Of a stretch of DNA of 64,000 nucleotides, positions 1-12,958 are shown in pieces. Under the pieces are notes generated by a model, which made no database searches, had not been told where the DNA came from, and saw only the letters and a program-made list of their open reading frames with translations. The stretch is taken from positions 73,036,001 through 73,100,000 of the forward strand of contig OX597830.1 in assembly GCA_951406725.2 (NCBI GenBank), read 5' to 3'. This DNA is from Octopus vulgaris. Its lineage: Eukaryota. The stretch's first letter is position 1; every line of letters begins with the position of its first letter. Made by a program: the position numbers and the translations under genes.

Positions 1-149
1 TATATATATATATATATACAAGGTGCGGAAGGCATATATTGGTTAATTAAACAAGACAGCTTTAATCTAGTAAAATAAGGACTAATCAAACATATTTTAA
101 GAAAAGAAATGTGCACATGTTCTCGATAAAGATTTTTGTAAGAATATTC

Positions 150-180
<31 letters not shown>

Positions 181-726
181 GCGAACATATAAGCGTTCAA
201 TTTTAAGAGCAAGTTCAAAGTTTATCAATCAACCATGAACTCTCTTTACATGCAATGGTTCGAAGGTAATGTCAATATTTTTAAAATGATAAATATATAC
301 GTATTAGCAAATACACATAATTACACACGCATATTTAAATGTGTGCATAAATATATATACTCACACATGCATAAATGTAAATACATTTGTGTGTGTGAGA
401 GAGAGGGGGGAGGTGGGAGAGAGTCGTGAAAAAAATGACGGACGTAAAATATCATTAAAATATAATACAAACACTCGGTTCTCGTAAATAAGTACTTGTT
501 CGATAGTTCATGAATACCTCTTTCTTGCTTACTTCCAAAGAAGTCTCTCATTAAATTAGTCTTAACATGTTAAGCAAATCTCATTATAGAAAGTAAATAT
601 ATACGGTCATTAACACATGTATAGCGAAATACACACCTTCACACATGCATACGGTCATATATGTGCAAGCATAATTTTATATGATCAATGACAGGGATAA
701 TCATGTGATATTGAACGAAACATAGA

Positions 727-892
727 GGCGTAAGAGTGGCTGTGTGGTAAGTACCTTCCTTACGAACCACACGGTTCCGGGTTCAGTCCCATTGCGTAGC
801 ACCTTGGGCAAGTGTCTTCTACTATAGCCTCGAGCCGATCAAAGACTTGCGAGTGGATTTGGTAGACAGAAACTGAAAGAAGCGCGTCGTAT
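727..892 (+). mobile_element. SINE family A, 5' half (tRNA-like head plus CORE-like segment)
   Basis: A-box-like GTGGCTGTGTGG, B-box-like GGTTCAGTCCC and CCTTGGGCAAGTG; runs into (TA)n; matches many other copies in the window. Confidence 0.85.
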
Positions 893-897
893 AAATG

Positions 898-945
<48 letters not shown>

Positions 946-1149
946 GCAAGATTTTTTATGTGAAGTCGTGTGTTGAAACAGATATTGTTATATTTCGGAA
1001 TGGTCATTTTGCCAGTTTAGCCACTAAATAAACATAGACGCACATAGAGATATAAGCATGCGCAAATGAAGACATACTATAGAAATACAAAATGGCTGAC
1101 GGTTAGTAAGGAGAGACACAAATAAGAAATAAGAAATTAAATGTCTAAT

Positions 1150-1192
1150 GTGGACCCTCTGGGGTCATATGGATCACGGTTGAGAACCACTG
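1150..1192. mobile_element. Single end of a hAT/Charlie-like MITE
   Basis: Ends GGTTGAGAACCACTG (reverse complement CAGTGGTTCTCAACC), like the TIR at 13352; other end not found. Confidence 0.45.
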
Positions 1193-1196
1193 GTTT

Positions 1197-1407
1197 AAAC
1201 GAACAAATATACACCAGTAATTCTGCTGTAATGCCTGGCAGTTATTTTATCGGTCTCTGATGTCGAACTTCTAATTTATAAGGATGTAAATATATTAACG
1301 TCGGTTATCAATCAGTGATGGGGATCAAACCTAGACACAAAGATTTCCTCCAGAAATACACTCAGATATAGACAGATAGATAGATAGATAGATAGAGAAA
1401 TAGATAT

Positions 1408-1456
<49 letters not shown>

Positions 1457-1619
1457 CGGACGGTGAACCTCCATGCATTTTGCATCAGCACATCCACTCA
1501 CAAGCCTCTAATCGACCCGAGCTACAGAAAAAAACTCTTACCCGATGGTGTCATGCAGTGGGGCTGAACCGGGAACCATATAGCTGGGAAGTAAAAGTCT
1601 TACCGCACAGCTACACCTA
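1197..1619 (-). mobile_element. SINE family A, old degenerate copy with internal (GATA)n
   Basis: Colinear but diverged match to the 13733-14198 copy (CCACTCACAAG, GCAGTGGGGCTGAACC, CTTACCGCACAGC). Confidence 0.7.
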
Positions 1620-2018
1620 AGACTATTATTGAAAAACAAAAAAAGCTGTAGTACCATTATTTTTTCAATATAACTTATTGTCGTTCATACATAAAAACCC
1701 TAAAATAATTAATATGATGCATCATTTATAGGAAATAATATCAATCAAAGCAAAATTGAACATAATTTTGTTGATATGCATTAAAACCATTTAATATCCC
1801 ATGCAGTTTTGATAATCGCTTTTGGAACAACGTGAAATATTACAGTTTCCAATGAAAAAACATATGAGGAATTATTGAGAATAAAATTTTCTCTCTTAAG
1901 CTCTTTATAAATAAGAAAGAAAGAAAATAAATGAATCTGCGTAAGAAGCAAAACTGTGATTAAATTTATTATTTTACTTTGCAAGGCGGAACCGCGTCCG
2001 TATTATACAATAGATATA

Positions 2019-2191
2019 TATTTCTTTACTGACCACAAGGGGTTAAAACATAGAGGGGACAAACAAGGACAGACAAAGGGATTAAGTCGATTACATCGAC
2101 CCCAGTGCGAAATTGGTACTTTATTTAATCGACAGCGAATGGATGAAAGGCAAAGTCGACATTGGCGGAATTTGAACTCAGAACGTAACGA
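2019..2191 (-). mobile_element. SINE family B, 5'-truncated, tail type 1 (Tx1-like tail)
   Basis: Matches 34604-34833; flanked by ATTATACAAT direct repeats (about 2002 and 2194). Confidence 0.85.
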
Positions 2192-2455
2192 CAATTATAC
2201 AATCGAGATAGGTTATTTTGTGTCGCCTATACCACGTCCTTCTGCATCCATCCTTCTACTTCGTTTCCTTTCTTCCATTTTTACTCTCTCTCTCTCTCCC
2301 TCTTACTCTTTTACTGTCTATATTTGTCTCTCACTCTCTCTTTCTGTCTAAGTCTGTCTGTAACCCTCTCTTTCCTAAGATTCTCTGAGATAGCCTTGTA
2401 TTCTTTGCTCATCTTTCCCCCTCTCTTCATTTTTTCCTCTTTATCTCTCTATCTG

Positions 2456-2490
<35 letters not shown>

Positions 2491-2491
<1 letters not shown>

Positions 2492-3590
2492 TAGCTGTGG
2501 TACCCGGGAATTCCCGGGAAAGCGGGGCTTATCCCCTGCTTCCGTTCTCATAATTATTTCGCTAATTCAATAACAACACTACAAAGTATGTAGCCCTTAA
2601 AACGGTTTTTGTGCATTTCAAGAATACCAAACTGTCTCACACCGTATATTGTTTTTAGGAATTTCCAGTAAGTTATGAAAACCCAAATTCTGAAGTCAGT
2701 TATGTAATAAAATGAAATTAGTTACCCGATAGTGATAATTCAAATAAAGTAGCCCCGAAAAGGGCTTCAATGTTTTCTCAGAGTATATAGAACATAGGAG
2801 GAAATACTAATAAGGTATGTATACTAAAATCGTGAAGCATGTTACGTAATAACAAGCTAATCAGATATGGGATAATAACAATTCAAAGTAAATAAATCTG
2901 AAAAGTGCTTTTGTGCGTTCCCAGAGAATATTACCCACAGGGATGCTAGCGTTGGTTTATTCGTGAATAAGTCACTAACCAAAATAAGTGGATCTATTGT
3001 TTAGGAAAATACTATTTACTTGTTTAAGGGTTGTACTGGATAAATTGCGAAAATAACTCTATCAGTTCAAATACTAAGAAATAAGCATACTCTATTTGAT
3101 TTATATTAAACTAGCATTAAAGACCCGTCGTTGCTGGGTCATAGTGCTAGTGCATGTATATATGTGTATATATATGTGTACATATTACATGTACATCTAT
3201 ATATATATATATCTACACATAAAATACAAAATACAAAGTTATATCTTGATATCGCTAGTGATAACAATACTCAAAATAAGGCATGTGTAAAATTTGAATG
3301 AAATTGGTTGTGTAGTTCTCACGTTTTAGGGAAATAGACAGACAGACACACATTCTCAGTTTTATATATAGAGAGATGATTAAGGAAAATTAATGGGTTA
3401 TTTCCCTCGGCTTTTAAAATGAAATATATTACATATATATAAGCATCCCTTCTAGGGGTCCTATTGTCGATTTTTTTTCAACAATCTGAATATGCCAAGA
3501 GGTTTCCAGAAATGAGTTCTGCTCACGTGTCAAGTTTCATTAAAATCCATAAAACGATGTAGGAGGAGTTAGCCAACAACTCCACAAACA
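2491..3590 (-). mobile_element. Non-autonomous Helitron (5' end lost) with a nested Helitron
   Basis: 3' CTAG at 2491-2494 followed by T on the minus strand; subterminal palindrome CCCGGGAATTCCCGGG; colinear with 61458-62292. Confidence 0.8.
3111..3376 (-). mobile_element. Short non-autonomous Helitron nested in the previous element
   Basis: Minus strand reads A|TC...GACCCAGCAACGACGGGTC hairpin...CTAG|T with no TSD; the empty site is seen in the 61458-62292 copy. Confidence 0.85.
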
Positions 3591-3914
3591 AACCCGGCAG
3601 GATGGTCAGTCGGCGGCTGACACTCGTTGACGCTGCATCGAAGAGGCCAGGGAGCAGAAGAAAGAAGGAGAAAGACGATATGTACTCAACACCAGAGCTG
3701 AAGACACCTCGGAAAGTGGGGGCGCTGCTATGTCCAAAACGGTAGAGGAGTATGGGCCGAAACTGGATGTGGTTCCTCCTGGTGGTGTGTTTAGCCACTG
3801 GGTCCTGTAAAGTAGCTGTTGAGGTAGCAAAACACGAAACGCGTTGGAATACCTGTATATAGATAGTTTGATAGGTAGGTAGGTAGGTAGGTAGGTAGGT
3901 AGGTAGGTAGATAA

Positions 3915-3989
<75 letters not shown>

Positions 3990-4047
3990 TATGCATATAC
4001 ATATATATACGCATAAATGTATGTTCATATCTTTTTGAATATAAATA

Positions 4048-4133
<86 letters not shown>

Positions 4134-4158
4134 TATATACATATATATATATATGTAT

Positions 4159-4210
4159 ATGGCTGCGGCCTTCGGGCTAAAACATTTTAAAGGATTTTAA
4201 GGATTTAAGG

Positions 4211-4211
<1 letters not shown>
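4159..4211 (+). mobile_element. Extreme 3' end of a CR1/L2-group LINE in (TA)n
   Basis: ATGGCTGCGGCCTTCGGGCTAAAACATTTT plus (TTTAAGGA)-type tail, nearly identical to about 56580-56631. Confidence 0.8.
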
Positions 4212-4295
<84 letters not shown>

Positions 4296-4305
4296 TAAAT
4301 ATATA

Positions 4306-4353
<48 letters not shown>

Positions 4354-4439
4354 GTATGTGCGTGCATAAACATTCTTAAGCTCTTTTGTCATGAACTTCT
4401 AAGTAAATTGACTGTTAAAGTGAAGACTGATAGATAGAT

Positions 4440-4475
<36 letters not shown>

Positions 4476-5026
4476 AGTGAGAGTGGCAGAGAAAGAGAGA
4501 GAGAGATGTAAGGACGCTCGTGAATTTCTATTACTTCACATATTATTATAACCAATGGAAAATTGATGATAAATGTGGATAGCCGTCGAAAAGTACGATT
4601 TCCCTGCTTTTAGGTTGGTCGTACGATACTTGGATATTTATGACAGACAATGGCAAATAAATCCTGCTTACCACAGAGTTTCATGTGTTGACGTTACTTC
4701 ATTATCAACGACTAAAAGCAGTTCTTTCTTCAGATTAGAATATCCGAACGACCAAACAACGGTCAATTCACCAGACTGACCGACTAGCCGCTAACAAGAA
4801 GCAATTATTTCAATTTTTTTCTTTCTTCTTCTATGTTTTTATTTCTCTTTTCTTTCATTTATTTGTTCTTTTATTTTATTTTATTTTTCGTTTGTTGATC
4901 ATATCATTTAGCTTTTATTTTGGCTTTCTCTCGGCGTTTTTACATTTTTATTTCAAGATTCGTATATTTGTTTTTCTTTTCTTTCTGAAGTCGTTTTCGC
5001 GTTTCAGCTTGATTTCTTAAATGTAC

Positions 5027-5106
<80 letters not shown>

Positions 5107-5144
5107 ACATATATACATGCATATATGCATATGTATACATATTC

Positions 5145-5240
5145 TTTTCTACTCTAGGCACAAGGCTCGAGATTTCTTGGTGGCAAAGGGACCAGTTGAT
5201 TAGATCGATCACAGTACGCAAACTGATACTTATTTAATCG
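5145..5240 (-). mobile_element. SINE family B 3' fragment, tail type 2
   Basis: TTTCTACTCTAGGCACAAGG tail as at 6020. Confidence 0.7.
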
Positions 5241-6019
5241 ATTAGTTTGAAAGTGTTTGTGAAACAGACATGATAGAAAAGATTGAGAACGGGCAGACGC
5301 TTGTCTTCTGCCAAGCCTTCACACAAGCGTTCGGCTCTGAGGGAAAAGTTGGATTACAGTAGAAGATCCTTTTCTGCAGTAAATTTATTGGAAGGTGGTT
5401 GTGAGATGTCTGCACGATTTGAATAAATGGCCTAATCTGAATATGGGTGTATACACAAATGAATGAAAGCGGCGTGTGATAATATCTCTTAAGTGTTCAA
5501 GAGATTGTTGGTTCAGTGAGGAATGGCACCAGGTAGCCGACTCCTAATTACATACATTTTCTTTATTAATCTTTCATCACTGTCTGTTTTGTATGTTTTC
5601 TCAAACGACGTAAATCTCAATTGATTTTTAACCCGTTTCTTGAGCTAACCCCAACGTCCTTGGATCTTATGTGAGCCACTGCTCACAGTTACTCCCGATC
5701 TCAGTCGAGTGAAAAAATGATATTTATAGATATAAATCGGTCGAGTAAACACCAACCACATTGAAAAGAAATTGAAATGAATTTCTAGAAAGGGACGATT
5801 TGATCGATACAAATATTTAACAGTGGCATCCCAGCAGGGTGCAGCCATATAACTGTGACTAGATAAATAATAGCTTTCAATCAGAAACGAGAAATGGGAG
5901 CAAATTACATAACTCATTTACCGGATACTCATACACGCCAAAACTGAAATTCGAGGGAGGCAAACTTTTCTTTTCGTCCTGAAGTATGTCAGTTGAAGTA
6001 ACATACCAGTCATATACAC

Positions 6020-6241
6020 TTTTCTACTCTAGGCACAAGGCCCGACATTTTTGGAGAGTGGTTCAGTCGATTAGATTGCCCCAGCTCCACCCCACCCCCC
6101 ATTATGCAGCTTGTACTTAATTTAACGACCTCAAAAAGATAAAGTCGACCTCTGTGGAATTTGAACTCAGAACGTAAAGACAGACGAAATACCGACAAGT
6201 ATTTCACCCGGTGTGCTAACGTTTCTGCCAGCCCACCGCCT
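6020..6241 (-). mobile_element. SINE family B, full length, tail type 2
   Basis: Family B head and central GTCGAC...GAATTTGAACTCAGAACG; flanking CATACCAGT(C/A)ATA direct repeat. Confidence 0.85.
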
Positions 6242-6498
6242 TCATACCAGTAATAAACAGTAATGTTTATAACTACCCATTCCCCACAAAATGTGTCTAT
6301 GCTAGAAATTACTGGTACTAACAATTAGCAGAGTCAATAGTGGTGTATACGGTGACAACTTCTCTTCTTTGTATCTGAGTTCCAATACCATCGAAGTCAG
6401 GTTTTTTATCTTTTATGAATCCGAGTCAATAAATTAAATATTAGTCATGTAATAAGGTAGAATAAATTAGATAAACACTCTTTTTCTACCTCTTCTAA

Positions 6499-6547
<49 letters not shown>

Positions 6548-6796
6548 CATCTCTCTCTCGTTTCTCATTCACTTATTTATTCACACTCTCCTCTCCCCCC
6601 TTCTCTCTCTCTCTTTCTGCATATATATAGATGTTTTAGCCTTATATCATTGCCAGAAAACATTATTACTATTGATGATGATGATGATGATAATGAGGAG
6701 GAGGAGGAGGAGGAGAGGAGAAGGAGGTGGATCATGATGTGATCTTTACCTTAGACGTATGATTGTATGCTGTACTCTCTTACTTGTTTACCATAA

Positions 6797-6987
6797 GGCA
6801 GCGAGCTGGCAGAGACGTTAGCACGCCAGAGGAAATGCTACGTTCTGAGTTCAAATTCCGCCGAGGTTGACTTTGCCTTTCTTCCTTTCGGGATCTATAA
6901 ATTAAGTACCGGTTACATACTGAAGTCGATTAAATCGGCTGCCCTCCCCCACAAGAAAAATTCAGCTCTTTGTGCCTATAGTAGAAC
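6797..6987 (+). mobile_element. SINE family B, tail type 2
   Basis: GGCAGCGAGCTGGCAGAGACGTTAGCACG...GAGTTCAAATTCC...TTGTGCCTATAGTAGAA. Confidence 0.85.
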
Positions 6988-9021
6988 GGGTTACGTGTTT
7001 TACTTGCCATAGGAAACTTGTCTACAATTGAAACATGACAAATGCCATTTCCTGTGTGTCGTTAATGCAGGCTTCTCGCTACCTTAAATAAGGAAATCTT
7101 TTTCAATTTTTGAATGTTCATCATTTTCTTTATGATTAATTTCTGCAATAAACGAATAAATAAATTAAATGAATGAGATTTTCGTACTTAGCATTCAAAA
7201 GAATATCTGTATTGAAAATATCTATTAATTCTGACATATTTAAACGTAAGTTCCCGATGATAATAATGTTATCGTTATTTAACCACAGCTCATAATGTGT
7301 AAGTCATACTCGAAGACTTACCAACCATGGTACCTCCGCCTTAATTAGAAAATAGGCGAGTATATTTTTCGAAAGTTTCTTCGCTTCTTTTTTAGGTTGG
7401 TTAGGAGGTATTTACAGGAAGTTTAGTTATTATATCTAGCAGATCAGACATGCACGTAGAAGCCACTTCTCGCTTCTTTAGCGCTTCAGGATAGCATTGC
7501 TAATGTTGTGGTTATTGTCGTTGTTGTTGATTATCTCTAGGCCAATCCCGATCAAGTAAAGATAGGATCAAAGGCATTCCAGCCATGACCATCCAAATTT
7601 TTATTGCGGAATTGAGTATTTTTGCATTATGCCTCATGTTCTTTTTTTCTCCAATTGAAGGAAAGTTGGTTACTATTTTCAGTAAATTGTGTAACCGCAT
7701 TCACTCCTATGTAGTTGTTTTTGCTGTTGTTGTTGCTGTTGAAGATGGTGCTGCTACTGCTGATAATGATGCTGTTGCTGATGTTGATGCTGCTGGTATT
7801 ATTGGCACTGGTGTTTCACTCTTTTATCTCTTTTTCTCTCATTTTTTTTTCGTTTTTTTTTTCTTTGGTTTTTCTGTTTTGTTTTGTGTTCCCCGATTGA
7901 AATTCAAATGTCACCGTTACGGAAAGATCTTATAACAAAGGAAATAAATAGTAGCACAGAAGAAGACAATATGTTGTTAGCAATAGATTCCAGAATTTAT
8001 GTGAACGTTGTAAATAACTGCAATGAAGTTCCAGCGGGACAGATGTCACAGGCAGACGAGAAATAAGGTTGTTTCATAGTCGCCATTTTGGCTTTTATTT
8101 ATCTTTTGCCTTTTCGCTATTTTCTTTTGTATTATTTTTCTTCGTCTATTTTTTGTTACTCTTTCATAGTTTTCTTGTTATTCCTTTCTTATTTTCTCCA
8201 TCTCTCCCCCCCTCTCTCTCTCTCTCTCGTCTTTCTCTTTTGTTTTTGGCTCCATTGTATTAATCTCAAATTCTATTTTTACTTTCATTCTTTCTTCCTT
8301 CCTTTCTTTCTTTATCTTGTTTTGTTTTGTTACTTTACGTTCTTTCTTTATTGCTACTTTCTTTCACGCTATCTTTCTTTCTCTCATTTCTGCTTTCCTC
8401 TTTCTATTTTCTTTTTTTTTTTTTGTATTTGGTGTTCGACTTTTGTTCTTTTTCTTTATATTAATCTCAAATTCTATCCTCATTGCTTTCTTACATTTTC
8501 TACCAGAAGGCATCGCAAAGGAATTATCTCAAGTACGTGTGATGAGCATATTTAATCTGGACGTTCATAAATTTAACTTTAGCCGCTTCCAGATAATAAT
8601 ACGACCAACAGACCGACAGACAAACTGGAACCTGGGGCTTAGCCATCATTGAAAGCTTTCTTATGACTAAAAGAGGAAACGGTATGCGCTTTCTTGCAGG
8701 GTTACGGCTGTGAATGGTGGCTTAGCAGATAAGCTCCCAATGATGAAAATGCTGCGATAAAAGTTCGAATCGCAATTGCAGATCTTTTTATTTATCACAC
8801 TAAAGCATATTCAAAGCATGCATGAATGTCACAGCATCCATTATTTTGCGTTTCTCCCTGAAATCAATATGACTGAACACCCATTAAGGGATATGTTCGA
8901 TTCATACAATGATACATATGAATGTGCATATATAAATATATTTGTATGTATATGTATGTATGTATACGTATGCATATACATATAAATATAAATATATATA
9001 CATATATATGTATGTATATAC

Positions 9022-9079
<58 letters not shown>

Positions 9080-9116
9080 CATATATCTATATATATATAT
9101 ATATATATTATGTATG

Positions 9117-9210
<94 letters not shown>

Positions 9211-9217
9211 TATATAT

Positions 9218-9312
9218 AGTCAATTCAAATAAACGAATAACAAAACGAACGCTCGGTGAAAGGAGAGTTTGACGTTTCAAGCATAGCTCTTCGTCGAAAA
9301 GGAGAAAGAGAG
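9218..9312 (-). mobile_element. Penelope-like terminal repeat fragment with a minimal hammerhead-like motif
   Basis: Minus strand TCGACGA-A-GAGC-TAT-GCTT-GAAA-CG-TC, between (TA)n and (TATC)n. Confidence 0.55.
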
Positions 9313-9324
9313 ATATCTATCTAA

Positions 9325-9380
<56 letters not shown>

Positions 9381-9659
9381 ATATATATATATATACGCAC
9401 ATACACACACACACATACATACATACATACATACATACATACATACATACATACATACATACATACATACATACATACATACATACAAACATACATACAT
9501 ACATAAAAGAATAGAGAATTATACCTTTTAATCAGCTTACACACGTTTCGGATTCCCTGTTATTTCTAATTCCGTGATGTAGGAATCATACTTATTAATC
9601 GATCAATATGTGATTGAATAAGATTCTACAGAGATCGTAGAATTTGAAACCAGTATACT

Positions 9660-10072
9660 CACGTTAGTACACCGAGCGAAAAACTTAGCGGTATTTCGTC
9701 TGTCTTTACCTTCTGAGTTCAAATTCCGCCGAGGTCGACTTTGCCTTTCATCCTTTCGAGATCAATAAATTAAGTACAAGTTATGCACTGCGGTCGATGA
9801 AAATCGGCTTAATCCCTTTGTCCGCCCTTGTTTTTCCCCTCTATGTTTAGTCCCTTGTGGACAATAAAGAAATAAGAAACGTTAGCACGCCGGGCGAAAT
9901 GCTTAGCGGTATTTCATCTGTCTTTATGTTCTGAGTTCAAATTCCGCCGAGGTCGACTTTGCCTTTCATCTTTTGGGGGTCGAGAAATTAAATACCAGTT
10001 GCATACTCGGGTCGATCTAATCGACTATCGCCCTCCCTCAAACATTTGGGCTTTGTGCCTGAAGTAGCAAAT
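9660..10072 (+). mobile_element. Two tandem SINE family B copies (first tail type 1, second tail type 2)
   Basis: Head and central domain are repeated at about 9660 and 9879, with different 3' ends. Confidence 0.85.
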
Positions 10073-10806
10073 GATATTACTACTAAGGATTTGAACATAC
10101 GCAAAAAAGATCGTTGGAATCATAAATTCCTTGAAGTTGAAAACAAAATATTATTCTTCAGCTTAAAGAATAAAAAGAAATTAAGAAATAAAAATTGTAG
10201 TGCAAAGCAATGTAAATACTAGAAAATAGAAACATCCACACTCAAAAATATAAATAATTTGGCTGAGCTTAAAAGTGTAATTTTAATCTTAGCCAAACGT
10301 GTTTCCTTAATGGCAATGCCAATAGTTTTACTAGTATTAAATAGCAAAGCGTACCCTGACACCACAAGAAAATAGATAAAAATACAATAAAAAAGAATTT
10401 GAAGTACATTTAAAAAACGAAAAATCTTGTTTTGCATTCATGATGTTTTATCGCGTATGTATGTGTGTATGTGTATGTGTGTGTGCGTGGAGGTTCAAAT
10501 ATACATACCTGCCTATATATTTGCATGCGTGTATATATGTAAATATTTGTATGTATGTATGTATGTATTTGAGTATTTACATCAGGTTTTGATCGTAAGA
10601 ATATTTCGCCAAATTTCTGTTCAGTAAAAGATTCCTTCTGTAACTTATTTGGCTTTTGCCTTAGCTTCGTACTTCTTAACGAATTGCTAGAAAAACTAGT
10701 TATTTTTTGTGGTACGATTTTGAATTCGTCTTCTGAAGTTAATATCTCTTTCTTTCTTTCTCTTCCTCTTTCGCCATCTCTTTCTGTATTATATATATAT
10801 TTTTTC

Positions 10807-10859
<53 letters not shown>

Positions 10860-10861
<2 letters not shown>

Positions 10862-11060
10862 TCGCCATGATAGATCGTTAGCCACTACACACTTTTTTCC
10901 TCTCCTTGTTTCTCTCTTTGTTTTTTCTGTGTCCCTTTCTATAGAAGAGAGTAGGCTCGAAACGTAAAAGATTTTTTCTATTCCTGAGCGTTATACTAAT
11001 ACATCTCTTTGTTTTGTACACCACCTGTCTTCGTCTTTTGTTTTTTTTTTCGTAAACTAT

Positions 11061-11063
<3 letters not shown>
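10860..11063 (+). mobile_element. Repeat family D (Penelope-like terminal repeat) in (TA)n
   Basis: Reverse-complement match to 48241-48430, 48928-49020 and about 62400-62560; hammerhead-like GAGA-GTAG-GCTC-GAAACGTA. Confidence 0.7.
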
Positions 11064-11124
<61 letters not shown>

Positions 11125-11180
11125 ATATGAAAATAGAAAGAGTAAGAGAAAGAGAAAGAAAATAGAGCAAGATATTTATG

Positions 11181-11217
<37 letters not shown>

Positions 11218-11368
11218 ATATCCATATACATATATATAGAGAGAGAGTGAGAGAGAGAGAAAAGAGAGAAAAATATTCATATTCGTGCATATGTATAGAT
11301 ATGTATATATGTGTATGTGTGTGTGTACATATGTAGATAGATATGTATGAGTATACACATATATATAT

Positions 11369-11399
<31 letters not shown>

Positions 11400-12032
11400 T
11401 ATATATGTATGTATATATGTGTGTGTGTGTATACATATATATATATTTATATACATATAAGGGATGTGTGTGTTGCAAAAATGCTAGAGACCAAACGAAC
11501 TATTGATGAATAAGTGAAAACTTTCTCATTTGTATGAAAAACTTGTCTAAATTTCGTATCTGATTGTTTAACAGTCTCCACCGTCCAAAATTAGTTTTCT
11601 TTTACTAAAAGAGGTATTGTTGTGGTTTCGTACGTAGTTGTTGTTACTTTTGTTGTTTCTCTCTCACATCAAATTCAATCGAGAAGGTCTAGAGACATAG
11701 GAATTTTATTCAATGTACAATTTCCTTATTAACAAGATTAAGTATGATTTAAGGGAAATTTGGTTGCTACATCTAGCAGCCCAAGGCAATCTTGGTGATG
11801 TATTATAACATTGTGAAGTTTTTATAGATGAAAATAAGATTGATGTTCAATCCTAAACATGTAAAATTCATTATTCTATCTAGTTGTTTTTTTACTTTTT
11901 GTTCATTTCTAAACTATGCAATATCTTTTCTATTTCTCCATGAAGCCTCTTTATTCTGTATACTTCTTTATGATTGTTCTCTTTTTCCTTTTTTTGCTAT
12001 TTTTGTTGCTGCTGCTATCGTTGTAGTTTATA

Positions 12033-12103
12033 TCTTTCCACCAAATACTTTCCATCAAATATTTTCCACCAAATACTTTCCACCAAATATTTTCCACCAA
12101 ATA
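12033..12103. repeat. Five copies of a 14-bp tandem unit, TTTCCACCAAATA(C/T)
   Basis: Read directly from the sequence. Confidence 0.85.
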
Positions 12104-12149
12104 TCAGTACTTTACTTCAGGAGGTTATTTCTGACAACAAGGATAGCTT

Positions 12150-12600
12150 CTTTCATCGCACTTCTTTCGAACAATTTTTTGAAGAAACAGATGACAAGAA
12201 AAACACGGACGTTTAGAAAAATTAACATAACTGAAATGACCTTTGTTAATAACAAAATATCTTCGGGCGAGTAATTGAAAACAGCATAAACATGAACCAA
12301 GACTAGAAAAGCATAGGGCCAGAGGCTTGCAATATCTTCTAGCAATTTGAGAAAGAAAATGTTAAAAGGCTTCTTGTCGCTGAGTTCGCCAAAGAAGGGA
12401 GGATGGAAAACGCCAATACAAAATATTTAATGAAGGCCGGCCGGTGGTAGCACAACAACATGACCAAAAATGATTTGAAATGCTCTAACATAATACAACA
12501 GCAGAATGAATCCTTAACATTGAATTCCTCAGCGGCACCATTGCTAAGATTACGGAGAGACCAATTTTCTAAGAGTTCTTCCTTATTTGGATCGAGTCAC
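12150..12600 (+). mobile_element. Possible highly decayed LINE ORF2 fragment
   Basis: Translation ...TRKA*GPE resembles the KAxGPD motif that precedes LINE RT domains; many stops. Confidence 0.3.
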
Positions 12601-12774
12601 TAATGGAAGTAAGCAGTTCAGAATATGAAATTATGTTACAGTAAACGGCTACTTGGGAGAAAATTCGAGAAAATACGGACGACATTCGATGCGTTCTTTA
12701 AAATTAACCAATGTGCGAATAAGAAAAAAAACTCGGACTCTGCTACCAGATAGGATGTATACTGTGCTACTTCG

Positions 12775-12958
12775 TGCGCCGAAATGGTTCCGCAGTTAAG
12801 AAGCTTGCCTTGCAGCCATCTGTGTCCGGGTTCAGTCACACTACGCGGCAGTTTGGACAAGTGTCTTTTGCTATTACCCCGAGTCAATTTGTTTGACTGA
12901 ATGCGGTATATCAGCATAGCTGCAATTCTGTGACTGAAACAGGCAGAAGATAAAAGAT
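12775..12958 (+). mobile_element. SINE family A, old internally deleted copy
   Basis: GGGTTCAGTCAC...TTGGACAAGTGTC head joined to a GACTGAAACA tail. Confidence 0.65.

Noticed and set aside
727-800. tRNA genes at A/B-box motifs (also 31414, 34604, 34962)
   Set aside because: The boxes continue into multi-copy SINE bodies; these are SINE heads, not tRNAs.
4573-4779. 68-aa ORF in unique sequence
   Set aside because: No recognisable domain or convincing splice sites.
7977-8092. Minus-strand AAAATGGCGAC start (MATMKQPYF...) or YY1-like site; also ETS-like CCGGAAGT near 17790, 30693 and 46489
   Set aside because: Short frame ending in a stop, and isolated short motifs are expected by chance; no supporting promoter context.
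12033-12103. CRISPR-like or iteron-like repeat
   Set aside because: Contiguous 14-bp units with no spacers, in a eukaryotic context.
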